DNA of 40,663 nucleotides from a virus (Duplodnaviria; Heunggongvirae; Uroviricota; Caudoviricetes): IMG/VR virus record IMGVR_UViG_2874951433_000008; one strand, 5' to 3'. Shown piece by piece: positions 17,835 to 28,621 of this stretch (position 1 is its first letter; each line of letters starts with the position of its first letter). The notes under the pieces were generated by a model. It saw only the letters and a program-made list of their open reading frames with translations, ran no database searches and was not told where the DNA came from. The position numbers and the translations under genes were made by a program.

Positions 17835-18626
17835 TTAAGCAGCCATCTGATGATATTTTTCCCTGAAGGCTGCCGGGGAGATATTCCCCAGACGAGAGTG
17901 ACGACGCTGACGATTGTAGAAAATCTCAATGTATTCCCGTATTACTGAGATGGCTTCATCCCGGTTATTAAAACGATAGTGGCTCAGGCTCTCATTTTTC
18001 AGCGTTCCCCAGAAGCTTTCCATCGGAGCGTTGTCGTAACAGTTACCTTTACGCGACATTGATGTTTTCAGACCAAACTGCTCCTGTATGACCCGGTAAT
18101 CGTATGCGCAGTACTGTGAACCTCGATCAGAGTGGTGGATTAGCCCGGCAGGTGGGCGCTGGCTCCTGAGCGCCATAAACAGGGCTTTACCTGTCAGCTC
18201 TTTTGTCATGCGCTCTCCCATGGCGTAGCCGACAATTTCGCACGTATAAACATCTTTGATGCCAGCAACATACGTCAGGTCCGCCACCCAGACCTGATTT
18301 GGTGCTGTAGGAGCGAACGTCTGGTTCAGCAGATTTGGCGCAACTGGCAGATTGTGGTTCGGGTTCGTAGTCGCTCTGAACTTGCGTTTCTGCTTACAGC
18401 GTAGCCTCAGCTCCTTACGAAGACGTGCCAGTCGGTCACGACCAACGATGATGCCATTCTCTGCCAGCTCCGTCTGGAGCCGCCGGGTTCCATATGTTTC
18501 GCGAGTGCGGATATGTGCCACCTTAATCTCCAGTTTTAGCCGCTCATCACTTTGTTTTCTGTCTGAGGGTTCATGCTGTACCCAGTTGTAATAACCGCTC
18601 CTGGATACACCAAATACCTGACACAT
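17835..18626 (-). CDS. IS600 OrfB with internal 9-aa deletion (probably inactive)
   Basis: …VADLTYVA-GIKDVYTCEIVGYAMG… compared with …VADLTYVATQEGWLYLAGIKDVY… in copies 1 and 2. Confidence 0.85.
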   Translation of the reverse strand: MCQVFGVSRSGYYNWVQHEPSDRKQSDERLKLEIKVAHIRTRETYGTRRLQTELAENGIIVGRDRLARLRKELRLRCKQKRKFRATTNPNHNLPVAPNLLNQTFAPTAPNQVWVADLTYVAGIKDVYTCEIVGYAMGERMTKELTGKALFMALRSQRPPAGLIHHSDRGSQYCAYDYRVIQEQFGLKTSMSRKGNCYDNAPMESFWGTLKNESLSHYRFNNRDEAISVIREYIEIFYNRQRRHSRLGNISPAAFREKYHQMAA

Positions 18627-18661
18627 CGCTTCAATGGGAAATTGTTGTCGCCATTGTTCGA

Positions 18662-18964
18662 TTAACGCGTATTTTTCAGCGACTCCTGTGCAAAATACGC
18701 TGTTGCTTTTTTTAATATATCGCGCTCAAGGCGAGCTTCATTTAACGCCTTACGCAGTTGCAGAATTTCAGATTCCAGTTCAGCCACCGTGCGGGAACCA
18801 GGAGTACCGAGCCCTTTTCTGGCGGCGGTAACCCATTGTCCTAAAGTGCCTTCAGGAAGGGATAATCGGGAAGCGCCTTCACTGATCGAAAGTTGATTTT
18901 CAAGAACCGTTCTGACAGCTTCGGCTTTGAACTCTTTAGAGTAACGTTGGGTTTTTCTGCTCAT
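18662..18964 (-). CDS. IS600 OrfA
   Basis: 100-aa ORF; one substitution (RTVAELE vs RRVAELE) relative to copies 1 and 2. Confidence 0.88.
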   Translation of the reverse strand: MSRKTQRYSKEFKAEAVRTVLENQLSISEGASRLSLPEGTLGQWVTAARKGLGTPGSRTVAELESEILQLRKALNEARLERDILKKATAYFAQESLKNTR

Positions 18965-19031
18965 TATTAGCTCCTTCTGATGCCATTCTATTTCAGGAAG
19001 GAGTGTCCGTTAAACTCAGGCTACCTCACAG

Positions 19032-19157
19032 GTCAGTCCATCACAGTGGGCTGCGATTGGTGTGCTGGGAAGTCTGCTTCTGGGGCTTCTGACTTATCTG
19101 ACGAATCTGTATTTCAAAATAAGAGAAGATAAGCGTAAGGCTGCGAGAGGTGAATAA
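19032..19157 (+). pseudogene. Holin (S21-like), 3' portion
   Basis: In-frame continuation [41 protein letters not shown], with the stop overlapping the endolysin ATG. Confidence 0.7.
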
Positions 19158-19672
19158 TGTCGCCATCATTACGCAAGGCTGTTGCAGTTGCTATTGGTGG
19201 CGGGGCTGTTGCTATAGCATCTGTGTTAATCACTGGCCCAGGTGGTAACGATGGTCTGGAAGGTGTCAGCTACATACCATACAAAGATATCATTGGTGTA
19301 TGGACTGTATGTCACGGACACACCGGAAAAGACATCATGCCTGGTAAAACGTATACCGAAGCAGAATGCAAAGCTCTCCTGAATAAAGACCTTGTCACTG
19401 TCGCCAGACAAATTAACCCGTACATCAAAGTCGATATACCGGAAACAACGCGCGGCGCTCTTTACTCGTTCGTTTACAACGTGGGCGCTGGCAATTTCAG
19501 AACATCGACGCTTCTTCGCAAAATAAACCAGGGCGATATCAAAGGCGCATATGACCAGCTACGTCGCTGGACATATGCTGGCGGTAAGCAATGGAAAGGG
19601 CTGATGACCCGTCGTGAGATTGAGCGTGAAGTCTGTTTGTGGGGTAAGCGCCCCATCAGCGACGTCTTGTGA
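19157..19672 (+). CDS. Signal-anchor-release (SAR) endolysin, phage 21 R-like lysozyme; the last 8 codons and the stop come from the adjacent IS66-family element
   Basis: N-terminal SAR-like segment [20 protein letters not shown] followed by a lysozyme domain; the IS66-family inverted repeat begins at 19644 inside the ORF's 3' end. Confidence 0.8.
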   Translation: MSPSLRKAVAVAIGGGAVAIASVLITGPGGNDGLEGVSYIPYKDIIGVWTVCHGHTGKDIMPGKTYTEAECKALLNKDLVTVARQINPYIKVDIPETTRGALYSFVYNVGAGNFRTSTLLRKINQGDIKGAYDQLRRWTYAGGKQWKGLMTRREIEREVCLWGKRPISDVL

Positions 19673-19725
19673 AAATTGTCCTGTCTGGCAACAATCGCGC
19701 CCATCTATATTGATGGACACGAACG

Positions 19726-20400
19726 ATGAATTCCCAGACAACAAAAGATATTCCCTGCTTCCGTTCTTATTTGCCTGATGCCCTGCGTTTAAGATTTGAA
19801 GATAAACTGACCATCCGGGCCATCGCTCAGCGTCTGGGTCTCAGTCATTCCACAATACATACGCTTTTTCAGCGATTTCTTGCATCCGGTATCGCATGGC
19901 CATTGCCCGATTCAGTTTCATTCGCTCAACTTGACGCCATCCTTTATGCCAACAGAAAGAAGGAATTAACAGAGCCTCAAATCAGAGAAGGCTCATGGCG
20001 AAAAGAACGGCGAACCAGCTATAGCCGTGAATTTAAGGTCCGTCTGGCTAAGCAGGCATTACAGCCTGGGGCTGTTGTTGCCCGGATCGCCAGAGAACAC
20101 GATATCAATAATAACCTGCTGTTTAAATGGAAAAGCCAGTACGAGGACGGCTTACTGAGCGATGATGACATACAGGAATGCATGCCTGTCCCGGTGGCAC
20201 TGACTGATACGCCGGAGCCGACCAGACCAGTTACAAATCCCTTCTGGCGTAACAAGCATGATGAGCGCCCTGAGGGGGCTCCCGGAAACGTCCCACGGTG
20301 CGAGCTGCATCTTAAATCAGGTGTGGTAAAACTGTTTGACCCTCTCACTCCGGAACTGTTACGGGCGCTAATCCGCGAAATGAAAGGGGGTATCCGATGA
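19726..20400 (+). CDS. IS66-family accessory protein TnpA (224 aa, longer than I expect for this family)
   Basis: First ORF of the element; stop overlaps the tnpB start. Confidence 0.7.
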   Translation: MNSQTTKDIPCFRSYLPDALRLRFEDKLTIRAIAQRLGLSHSTIHTLFQRFLASGIAWPLPDSVSFAQLDAILYANRKKELTEPQIREGSWRKERRTSYSREFKVRLAKQALQPGAVVARIAREHDINNNLLFKWKSQYEDGLLSDDDIQECMPVPVALTDTPEPTRPVTNPFWRNKHDERPEGAPGNVPRCELHLKSGVVKLFDPLTPELLRALIREMKGGIR

Positions 20401-20747
20401 TAACGCTGCCGACCGGTACCAAAATCTGGATCATCGCTGGCATCACAGATATGCGTTGTGGCTTCAATGGCCTGGCTTCGAAGGTGCAGAACACGCTGAA
20501 AGATGACCCGTTCTCCGGGCATATCTTCGTCTTCCGGGGCCGCAGTGGCAAAATGGTGAAAATACTGTGGGCCGATCGTGACGGGTTATGCCTGTTCACC
20601 AAACGTCTGGCCGGTGACCCGGGAAGGGAAAGTGCACCTGACGCCAGCTCAGTTATCCATGCTACTGGAGGGGATCGCGTGGCCACATCCCAAACGGACA
20701 GAACGGCCTGGCATCCGGATATAACCCGTGATAAAACAAGGGAATGA
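20397..20747 (+). CDS. IS66-family TnpB
   Basis: 116-aa [34 protein letters not shown]…, a typical IS66 Orf2. Confidence 0.8.
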   Translation: MITLPTGTKIWIIAGITDMRCGFNGLASKVQNTLKDDPFSGHIFVFRGRSGKMVKILWADRDGLCLFTKRLAGDPGRESAPDASSVIHATGGDRVATSQTDRTAWHPDITRDKTRE

Positions 20748-22345
20748 ACAATGAACTCCCCGATGATATTGAGCTGCTTAAAGCCATGTTGCGTAAGCAA
20801 CAGAGTCGGCTTCGACAGTATGCCTGTCAGGTCGCGGGCTATGAGCAGGAAATTGAACGGCTGAAAGCGCAACTCGACAGGTTGCGTCGTATGTTGTTCG
20901 GCCAGAGTTCAGAGAAAAAGCGTCATAAGCTTGAAAATCAGATCCGACAGGCAGAAAAACGACTGTCGGAACTGGAAAACCGGCTGAACACAGCCAGAAA
21001 TCTTCTGGAAGATGCATCGTCAGTCACAGATTCACCTGACACCAGTCCCCCGTCAGAAAACCCGATCGCCAGTAAGCCTGAATTCCCGGGACGAAAATCT
21101 TCACGAAAACCGCTGCCGGCAGAACTTCCCCGGGAGACACATCGCCTTCTGCCTGCTGAAACCAGTTGCCCGGCCTGTGGAGGTGTTCTGAAAGAAATGG
21201 GGGAAACAATCTCAGAGCAACTGGATATCATTAATACCGCCTTTAAAGTTATCGAAACCATACGTCCCAAACTGGCCTGTAGCCGGTGTGATGTCATCGT
21301 TCAGGCACCACTTCCTCCTAAACCGATCGAACGCGGTTATGCCAGTGCAGGGTTACTTGCACGGATCCTGGTCAGCAAATATATGGAACATATCCCTTTA
21401 TATCGCCAGTCAGAAATATACGCGCGACAGGGCGTGGAGCTGAGCCGTAATACCATGGTGCGCTGGGTATCAGAAATGGCAGACAAACTCCGTCCTCTGT
21501 ATATAGCGCTGAATGACTATGTTCTGGAGGCAGGAAAGGTGCACGCAGATGACACTCCGGTGAAAGTACTGGCCCCGGGGAACGGAAAGACGAAAACGGG
21601 TCGTCTGTGGGTATACGTCAGGGATGATCGTAATGCGGGTTCATCCCTGCCGGCAGCCGTCTGGTTCGCGTATTCGGCAGATCGCAAAGGAGAACATCCG
21701 CAGCTCCACCTGGCAAAGTATCAGGGCGTACTGCAGGCTGATGCCTATGCAGGTTATAACGTACTGTACGAAACGGGCCGGGTGAAGGAAGCCGGGTGCC
21801 TGGCCCACGCCCGCCGAAAAATCCATGACGAGGATGTGCGCCGTCCGACAGAAATGACTCAGGAAGCGCTCAGACGGATAGCAGAGTTATACGACATAGA
21901 AGCGGAGATACGTGGCAGTCCGGCAGAGGAACGGCTTGCAGTCAGAAAAGCCAGAAGCGTCCAGTTGATGCAGTCGTTGTACGACTGGATACAGTTGCAG
22001 AGGAAAACGCTGTCGAAACATGCGGAGATGGCGAAGGCGTTCGACTATATCCTGAATCACTGGAATGCGCTGAACGAGTTCTGTCGTGACGGCTGGGTGG
22101 AAATAGACAACAACATCGGTGAAAACGCGTTACGATCGGTGGCGGTTGGAAGAAAAAATTATCTCTTTTTCGGCTCAGACAAGGGAGGAGAAAGTGCGGC
22201 GATCATCTACAGTCTGCTGGTCACCTGCAAACAGAACGAAGTGGAGCCGGAGGACTGGTTGCGCGAAGTGATCGAGAAGCTCAATGACTGGCCGTCGAAC
22301 CAAGTGCATGAACTGCTGCCCTGGAACTTCTCGTCTGTAAAATAA
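20744..22345 (+). CDS. IS66-family transposase TnpC
   Basis: 533-aa ORF with an N-terminal leucine-zipper-like segment, a CxxC…CxxC zinc-finger-like motif and a DDE-type core. Confidence 0.85.
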
Positions 22346-22377
22346 TCCTTACGCTACGTACTTCTCGGGGCGCTTAC

Positions 22378-22657
22378 GGATGTTGGGACTTGAACCGAAG
22401 AACACGGCGGTGCGGAGTCCGGAGAGTAACGGAATAGCAGAGAGCTTCGTGAAAACGATAAAGCGTGACTACATCAGTATCATGCCCAAACCAGACGGGT
22501 TAACGGCAGCAAAGAACCTTGCAGAGGCGTTCGAGCATTATAACGAATGGCATCCGCATAGTGCGCTGGGTTATCGCTCGCCACGGGAATATCTGCGGCA
22601 GCGGGCTTGTAATGGGTTAAGTGATAACAGATGTCTGGAAATATAGGGGCAAATCCA
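22378..22657 (+). mobile_element. IS2 remnant (right-hand 280 bp only)
   Basis: Identical to IS2 copy 1 positions 8641..8920, including the terminus GGGGCAAATCCA; the rest of this IS2 is absent. Confidence 0.85.
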
Positions 22658-22876
22658 GTCACCGCGATTATCTCCGCTCTGGTTATCTGCATCATCGTCT
22701 GCCTGTCATGGGCTGTTAATCATTACCGTGATAACGCCATTACCTACAAAGAGCAGCGCGACAAAAACGCAAGAGAACTGAAGCTGGCGAACGCAACCAT
22801 TACTGACATGCAGCAGCGCCAGCGTGCTGCTGATGCACTCGATGCTAAATACACGACGGAGTTAGCCAATGCGAAA
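22658..22876 (+). pseudogene. Rz (i-spanin), 5' portion: the first codons are replaced by the IS2 end and the gene is then interrupted by IS911
   Basis: …[73 protein letters not shown] closely matches my recollection of lambda Rz. Confidence 0.7.
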
Positions 22877-22884
22877 TGAAGTGG

Positions 22885-24053
<1,169 letters not shown>

Positions 24054-24125
24054 TGGAGCACCTGTGTTGTTCTGAGGTGAGCATATCACCTCTGTTCAGG
24101 TGGCCAAATTCAGTGTGCCACTTCA

Positions 24126-24371
24126 AAAGCTGAAAATGATGCTCTTCGGCGCAAGCTTGATAATGGTGGTCGGGTGCTCGTCAAAGGAAAATGCCCTGTG
24201 CCATCCTCAGCCGAAACCTCCAGCGCCTCCGGCATGGGCAATGATGCCACCGTCGAACTCTCTCCAGTTGCTGGACGAAACGTTCTCGGTATCCGGGACG
24301 GAATCATCAGCGACCAGACAGCATTGAGAATGCTTCAGGAGTACATCAGGATCCAATGCCTTGGGGGGTAG
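24126..24371 (+). pseudogene. Rz (i-spanin), 3' portion
   Basis: The reading frame resumes immediately after IS911 (KAENDALRRKLDNGGRVLVKGKCPVP…QCLGG*). Confidence 0.6.
24136..24327 (+). CDS. Rz1 (o-spanin lipoprotein) embedded in the +1 frame of Rz; its native start may have been displaced by IS911
   Basis: MMLFGASLIMVVGCSSKENALCHPQPKPPAPPAW… shows a lipobox (VVGC) and a proline-rich tract. Confidence 0.5.
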   Translation: MMLFGASLIMVVGCSSKENALCHPQPKPPAPPAWAMMPPSNSLQLLDETFSVSGTESSATRQH

Positions 24372-24459
24372 CGGTAATTTTACTCATTATCCTTCAAATC
24401 AGATTCTGTTGTCAGAGGAATGGGGGAAGCTGGATTCGCAAGAGCTTTTTATGGGCAGT

Positions 24460-24969
24460 TTAGCTAAAAAAAGGCAACACGAAGCTAAAACTACCAACAT
24501 AAAGTGCTGACCAGCTAGCAGCTGAAATCAGACTCACTGTATACACTTTCACTGGATGAAGTTGCAACATTCCTGCCACCAAAGGAGCAATGTAACGCAG
24601 CACGGCGATAAAGCGCGAAGTGAAAAGTATTGACACAGAGTTATTTTGCAACTGAAGGCGAACCCGTTCTATTGTATTGGAACGGCTCGATATTATACAT
24701 GCAAGTTGAGGGATATGCCCAATTATTATACCAAGATGGTAATTAACGATAGTACCGCACCATGCGCCACTCATGACCGTGATTCCAGCTTCCCATGGTG
24801 AAAGAGTCGTCTTGCTGACTGTAATTACAGTGGCCATCATAATTGATGCTGGTGGCAATATCGCCGAAATGAGTAAAGTGGATTTTGTGAACGCTATTAT
24901 AAAAAGAAGCCCCCATAGGCGATATGGATGAAGTACAAAATAGTTCATCAAAGCATTTATCCACTCCAT
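24460..24969 (-). CDS. DedA-family-like inner-membrane protein
   Basis: 169-aa hydrophobic ORF with the DedA-like motif …FTSRFIAVLRYIAPLVAGM…; RBS GAAGGAAAG upstream. Confidence 0.5.
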   Translation of the reverse strand: MEWINALMNYFVLHPYRLWGLLFIIAFTKSTLLISAILPPASIMMATVITVSKTTLSPWEAGITVMSGAWCGTIVNYHLGIIIGHIPQLACIISSRSNTIERVRLQLQNNSVSILFTSRFIAVLRYIAPLVAGMLQLHPVKVYTVSLISAASWSALYVGSFSFVLPFFS

Positions 24970-25166
24970 CAATGTCTTTCCTTCTGTGAATTTTTCTTTG
25001 CTATTTAACCGTGATACGACTTAATTTAGGCTTAAACACCTTACATTTACAAGGTACTCCTGTGGGGGGCCCTGCCACGGAGCGTCGCAGGAGTGAGTGA
25101 TAAGGAAGAATTAAAGCAACCTATTGTGACAGGCAGCGATAACAGTAAATCACAGGAAGCATAATC

Positions 25167-25931
25167 ATGGCAAAACCGGACTGGGAGGCCATCGAATCGG
25201 CATACCGGGCCGGAGTCCTTAGCCTCCGTGATATAGGCGAGAAATACGGCGTTACAGAAGGGGCTATCAGGAAGAGGGCCAAAAAGCTTGATTGGGCACG
25301 CAGTGGCGGTACGCAGGTTTGCAAAAATGGTACGCAAAAAAGGAAAGTGCGTACCAGCAGAAAGCCTGCCATTACTGGCCTTACACAAAAAAGTACGCAA
25401 CTAAAAACAGAATCTACACCGGATACGAAACCGATACGCGGAATGCGTACCGATCCCCCGACTACCCCATTCCAACCCGGTAACCAGCAGGCATTAAAAC
25501 ACGGTGGTTATGCCCGTCGCCTTCTGCTCAAAGATGAGGTGATAGAGGACGCTAAAGCGTTGACGCTCGAGGACGAATTATTTCGCCTTCGTGCTAACAA
25601 CCTTGTCGCTGCAGAGAATATTGGTCGGTGGTTGGTGTCGCTGGAAGATGCTAATGGGGACCAGGAAAGGAAGATGCTGATTGAAAATATCAGCGCCGCC
25701 GAGAAAGCAATGATGCGCAATACAGTTCGTATTGAGTCCATCGTTGGCACGCTTGCGACGGTAGGAAAAATATTTGCTGATACAGCCTACCGCAAGGCCG
25801 CCACTGATAAGGTGTCTCTGGAGGCTGATCGTCTTCGCCGTGATGCAGGTATTGATGATGGCAATGGAGAGCGTGACCTCAATGACTTCTACTCTGACAT
25901 CCAAACCGACGCTGAATCCGGCTTTACGTAG
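25167..25931 (+). CDS. Phage terminase small subunit
   Basis: 254-aa ORF with an N-terminal HTH-like segment, immediately upstream of and overlapping the large-subunit start. Confidence 0.6.
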   Translation: MAKPDWEAIESAYRAGVLSLRDIGEKYGVTEGAIRKRAKKLDWARSGGTQVCKNGTQKRKVRTSRKPAITGLTQKSTQLKTESTPDTKPIRGMRTDPPTTPFQPGNQQALKHGGYARRLLLKDEVIEDAKALTLEDELFRLRANNLVAAENIGRWLVSLEDANGDQERKMLIENISAAEKAMMRNTVRIESIVGTLATVGKIFADTAYRKAATDKVSLEADRLRRDAGIDDGNGERDLNDFYSDIQTDAESGFT

Positions 25932-26549
25932 TTTCTGGACTATGCGGGCACGTAACAAAGTGCTTTATGGTGGTCGGTCATCGTCAAAATCATGGGATGC
26001 CGCTGGCATTGCCATATTTCTGTCGAATAAATACACCCTGCGTTTTTGTTGTGCCCGTCAGATCCAGAATAAAATCGAAGAGTCGGTGTATACCCTGCTC
26101 AAAATTCAGATAGACAGGTTTGGTCTGCGGCACCGTTTCCGTATTCTGAACAACAAAATCATTAACCGGGTTACTGGCTCGGAATTTGTTTTTTATGGAT
26201 TATGGCGCAACATCGAAGAAATTAAGTCACTGGAGGGGATCGATGTGTTGTGGCTGGAAGAAGCCCACGCACTGACGGAATACCAGTGGAAAATTCTGGA
26301 GCCAACGATCCGTAAAGAGGGTTCGGAATGCTGGTTCATATTCAACCCCGGACTTGTTACTGATTTCGTCTGGCGCAACTTCGTTGTTGATCCGCCCGAA
26401 GGCACTCTCATCCGCAAAATTAACTATGACGAAAATCCGTTTCTGTCTGACACCATGCTTAAGGTTATCGACGCGGCGCGACGCCGTGATCCGGATGGTT
26501 TTAAACATGTGTATGAGGGCGTTCCGGAGTCTGATGATGATGCGGCAAT
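25882..26549 (+). pseudogene. Terminase large subunit, N-terminal (ATPase) portion; interrupted by IS2 copy 2
   Basis: …VLYGGRSSSKSWDAAGIAIFL… Walker A-like motif and …VLWLEEAH… Walker B-like motif; the frame is broken by IS2 at 26550. Confidence 0.75.
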
Positions 26550-26640
26550 TAGACTGGCCCCCTGAATCTCCAGACAACCAGTATCACTTATTTAAGTGAT
26601 AGTCTTAATACTAGTTTTTAGACTAGTCATTGGAGAACAG

Positions 26641-27006
26641 ATGATTGATGTCTTAGGGCCGGAGAAACGCAGACGGCGTACCACACAGGAAAAGATCGCA
26701 ATTGTTCAGCAGAGCTTTGAACCGGGGATGACGGTCTCCCTCGTTGCCCGGCAACATGGTGTAGCAGCCAGCCAGTTATTTCTCTGGCGTAAGCAATACC
26801 AGGAAGGAAGTCTTACTGCTGTGGCCGCCGGAGAACAGGTTGTTCCTGCCTCTGAACTTGCTGCCGCCATGAAGCAGATTAAAGAACTCCAGCGCCTGCT
26901 CGGCAAGAAAACGATGGAAAATGAACTCCTCAAAGAAGCCGTTGAATATGGACGGGCAAAAAAGTGGATAACGCACGCGCCCTTATTGCCCGGGGATGGG
27001 GAGTAA
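26641..27006 (+). CDS. insC: IS2 OrfA (InsC)
   Basis: Identical to 7681..8046. Confidence 0.9.
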   Translation: MIDVLGPEKRRRRTTQEKIAIVQQSFEPGMTVSLVARQHGVAASQLFLWRKQYQEGSLTAVAAGEQVVPASELAAAMKQIKELQRLLGKKTMENELLKEAVEYGRAKKWITHAPLLPGDGE

Positions 27007-27869
27007 GCTTAGTCAGCCGTTGTCTCCGGGTGTCGCGTGCGCAGTTGCACGTCATTCTCAGACGAACCGATGACTGGATGGATGGCCGCCGCAGTCGTCA
27101 CACTGATGATACGGATGTGCTTCTCCGTATACACCATGTTATCGGAGAGCTGCCCACGTATGGTTATCGTCGGGTATGGGCGCTGCTTCGCAGACAGGCA
27201 GAACTTGATGGTATGCCTGCGATCAATGCCAAACGTGTTTACCGGCTCATGCGCCAGAATGCGCTGTTGCTTGAGCGAAAACCTGCTGTACCGCCATCGA
27301 AACGGGCACATACAGGCAGAGTGGCCGTGAAAGAAAGCAATCAGCGATGGTGCTCTGACGGGTTCGAGTTCTGCTGTGATAACGGAGAGAGACTGCGTGT
27401 CACGTTCGCGCTGGACTGCTGTGATCGTGAGGCACTGCACTGGGCGGTGACTACCGGCGGCTTCAACAGTGAAACAGTACAGGACGTCATGCTGGGAGCG
27501 GTGGAACGCCGCTTCGGCAACGATCTTCCGTCGTCTCCAGTGGAGTGGCTGACGGATAATGGTTCATGCTACCGGGCTAATGAAACACGCCAGTTCGCCC
27601 GGATGTTGGGACTTGAACCGAAGAACACGGCGGTGCGGAGTCCGGAGAGTAACGGAATAGCAGAGAGCTTCGTGAAAACGATAAAGCGTGACTACATCAG
27701 TATCATGCCCAAACCAGACGGGTTAACGGCAGCAAAGAACCTTGCAGAGGCGTTCGAGCATTATAACGAATGGCATCCGCATAGTGCGCTGGGTTATCGC
27801 TCGCCACGGGAATATCTGCGGCAGCGGGCTTGTAATGGGTTAAGTGATAACAGATGTCTGGAAATATAG
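26964..27869 (+). CDS. insD: IS2 OrfB transposase (InsD)
   Basis: Identical to 8004..8909. Confidence 0.9.
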   Translation: MDNARALIARGWGVSLVSRCLRVSRAQLHVILRRTDDWMDGRRSRHTDDTDVLLRIHHVIGELPTYGYRRVWALLRRQAELDGMPAINAKRVYRLMRQNALLLERKPAVPPSKRAHTGRVAVKESNQRWCSDGFEFCCDNGERLRVTFALDCCDREALHWAVTTGGFNSETVQDVMLGAVERRFGNDLPSSPVEWLTDNGSCYRANETRQFARMLGLEPKNTAVRSPESNGIAESFVKTIKRDYISIMPKPDGLTAAKNLAEAFEHYNEWHPHSALGYRSPREYLRQRACNGLSDNRCLEI

Positions 27870-27880
27870 GGGCAAATCCA

Positions 27881-28621
27881 GCAATCATCAAACTGTCTTG
27901 GATAGAAGCCGCAGTGGATGCGCACAAAACGTTAAATTTCGAACCCAGTGGAAGAAAGCGTATTGGCTTTGACGTGGCTGACAGTGGTACAGATAAGTGC
28001 GCTAACGTTTACCGTCACGGATCCGTTGTTTTCTGGGCCGACGAATGGAAGGCCAAAGAAGATGAATTACTGAAGAGCTGCCAGCGTACTTATCAGGCGG
28101 CGCTGGAGCGTGAAGCAGATATTGTTTACGACTCTATCGGTGTTGGTGCGTCTGCCGGTGCTAAATTCTCTGAAATTAACGCTGACCGGAAGAGCGAGAA
28201 CGCATACGCGCGACGTGTGAATTACCAGAGGTTTAACGCCGGTGCTGGTGTGCATGAGCCAGATGACGAGTACAACGGCATCCCCAACAAAGACTTTTTC
28301 GCAAATCTTAAGGCTCAGGCATGGTGGCTGGTGGCTGACCGTTTCAGAAATACGTTTAACGCCATTAACAACGGAGAACAGTATCCTGTGGATGAGCTGA
28401 TCAGCATAGATTCTCGTTGTCCGTTGCTTGAAAAGCTGAAACTGGAACTGACAACACCTCATCGTGATTTCGACCGTAACGGACGTGTGATGGTCGAAAG
28501 TAAAAAAGACCTCGCAAAACGCGAGATACCGTCACCAAACGTTGCTGATGCATTCATTATGGCCTTCGCGCCAATCGATACATCGCTGGATATCTGGGAA
28601 CAGCTGGGGAGACAGGCCTGA
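27881..28621 (+). pseudogene. Terminase large subunit, C-terminal (nuclease) portion
   Basis: In-frame continuation after IS2 (…AIIKLSWIEAAVDAHKTLNFEPSGRKRIGFDVADSGTDK…); its stop overlaps the portal ATG. Confidence 0.75.

Larger units (their letters stand above)
17792..19028 (-). mobile_element. IS600 copy 3 (1237 bp, carries a 27-bp in-frame deletion in orfB), flanked by a 3-bp direct repeat CAG
   Basis: IS600 termini present; CAG at 17789..17791 and 19029..19031; OrfB is 263 aa and lacks TQEGWLYLA. Confidence 0.9.
19644..22377 (+). mobile_element. IS66-family insertion sequence (2734 bp) with three ORFs; no flanking target duplication
   Basis: Terminal inverted repeats GTAAGCGCCCC…/…GGGGCGCTTAC; three consecutive overlapping ORFs typical of IS66-family elements; the 8-bp flanks differ (TTTGTGGG vs GGATGTTG). 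Confidence 0.85.
26550..27880 (+). mobile_element. IS2 copy 2, 1331 bp, flanked by a 5-bp direct repeat GCAAT
   Basis: Same termini as copy 1; GCAAT at 26545..26549 and 27881..27885. Confidence 0.93.
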
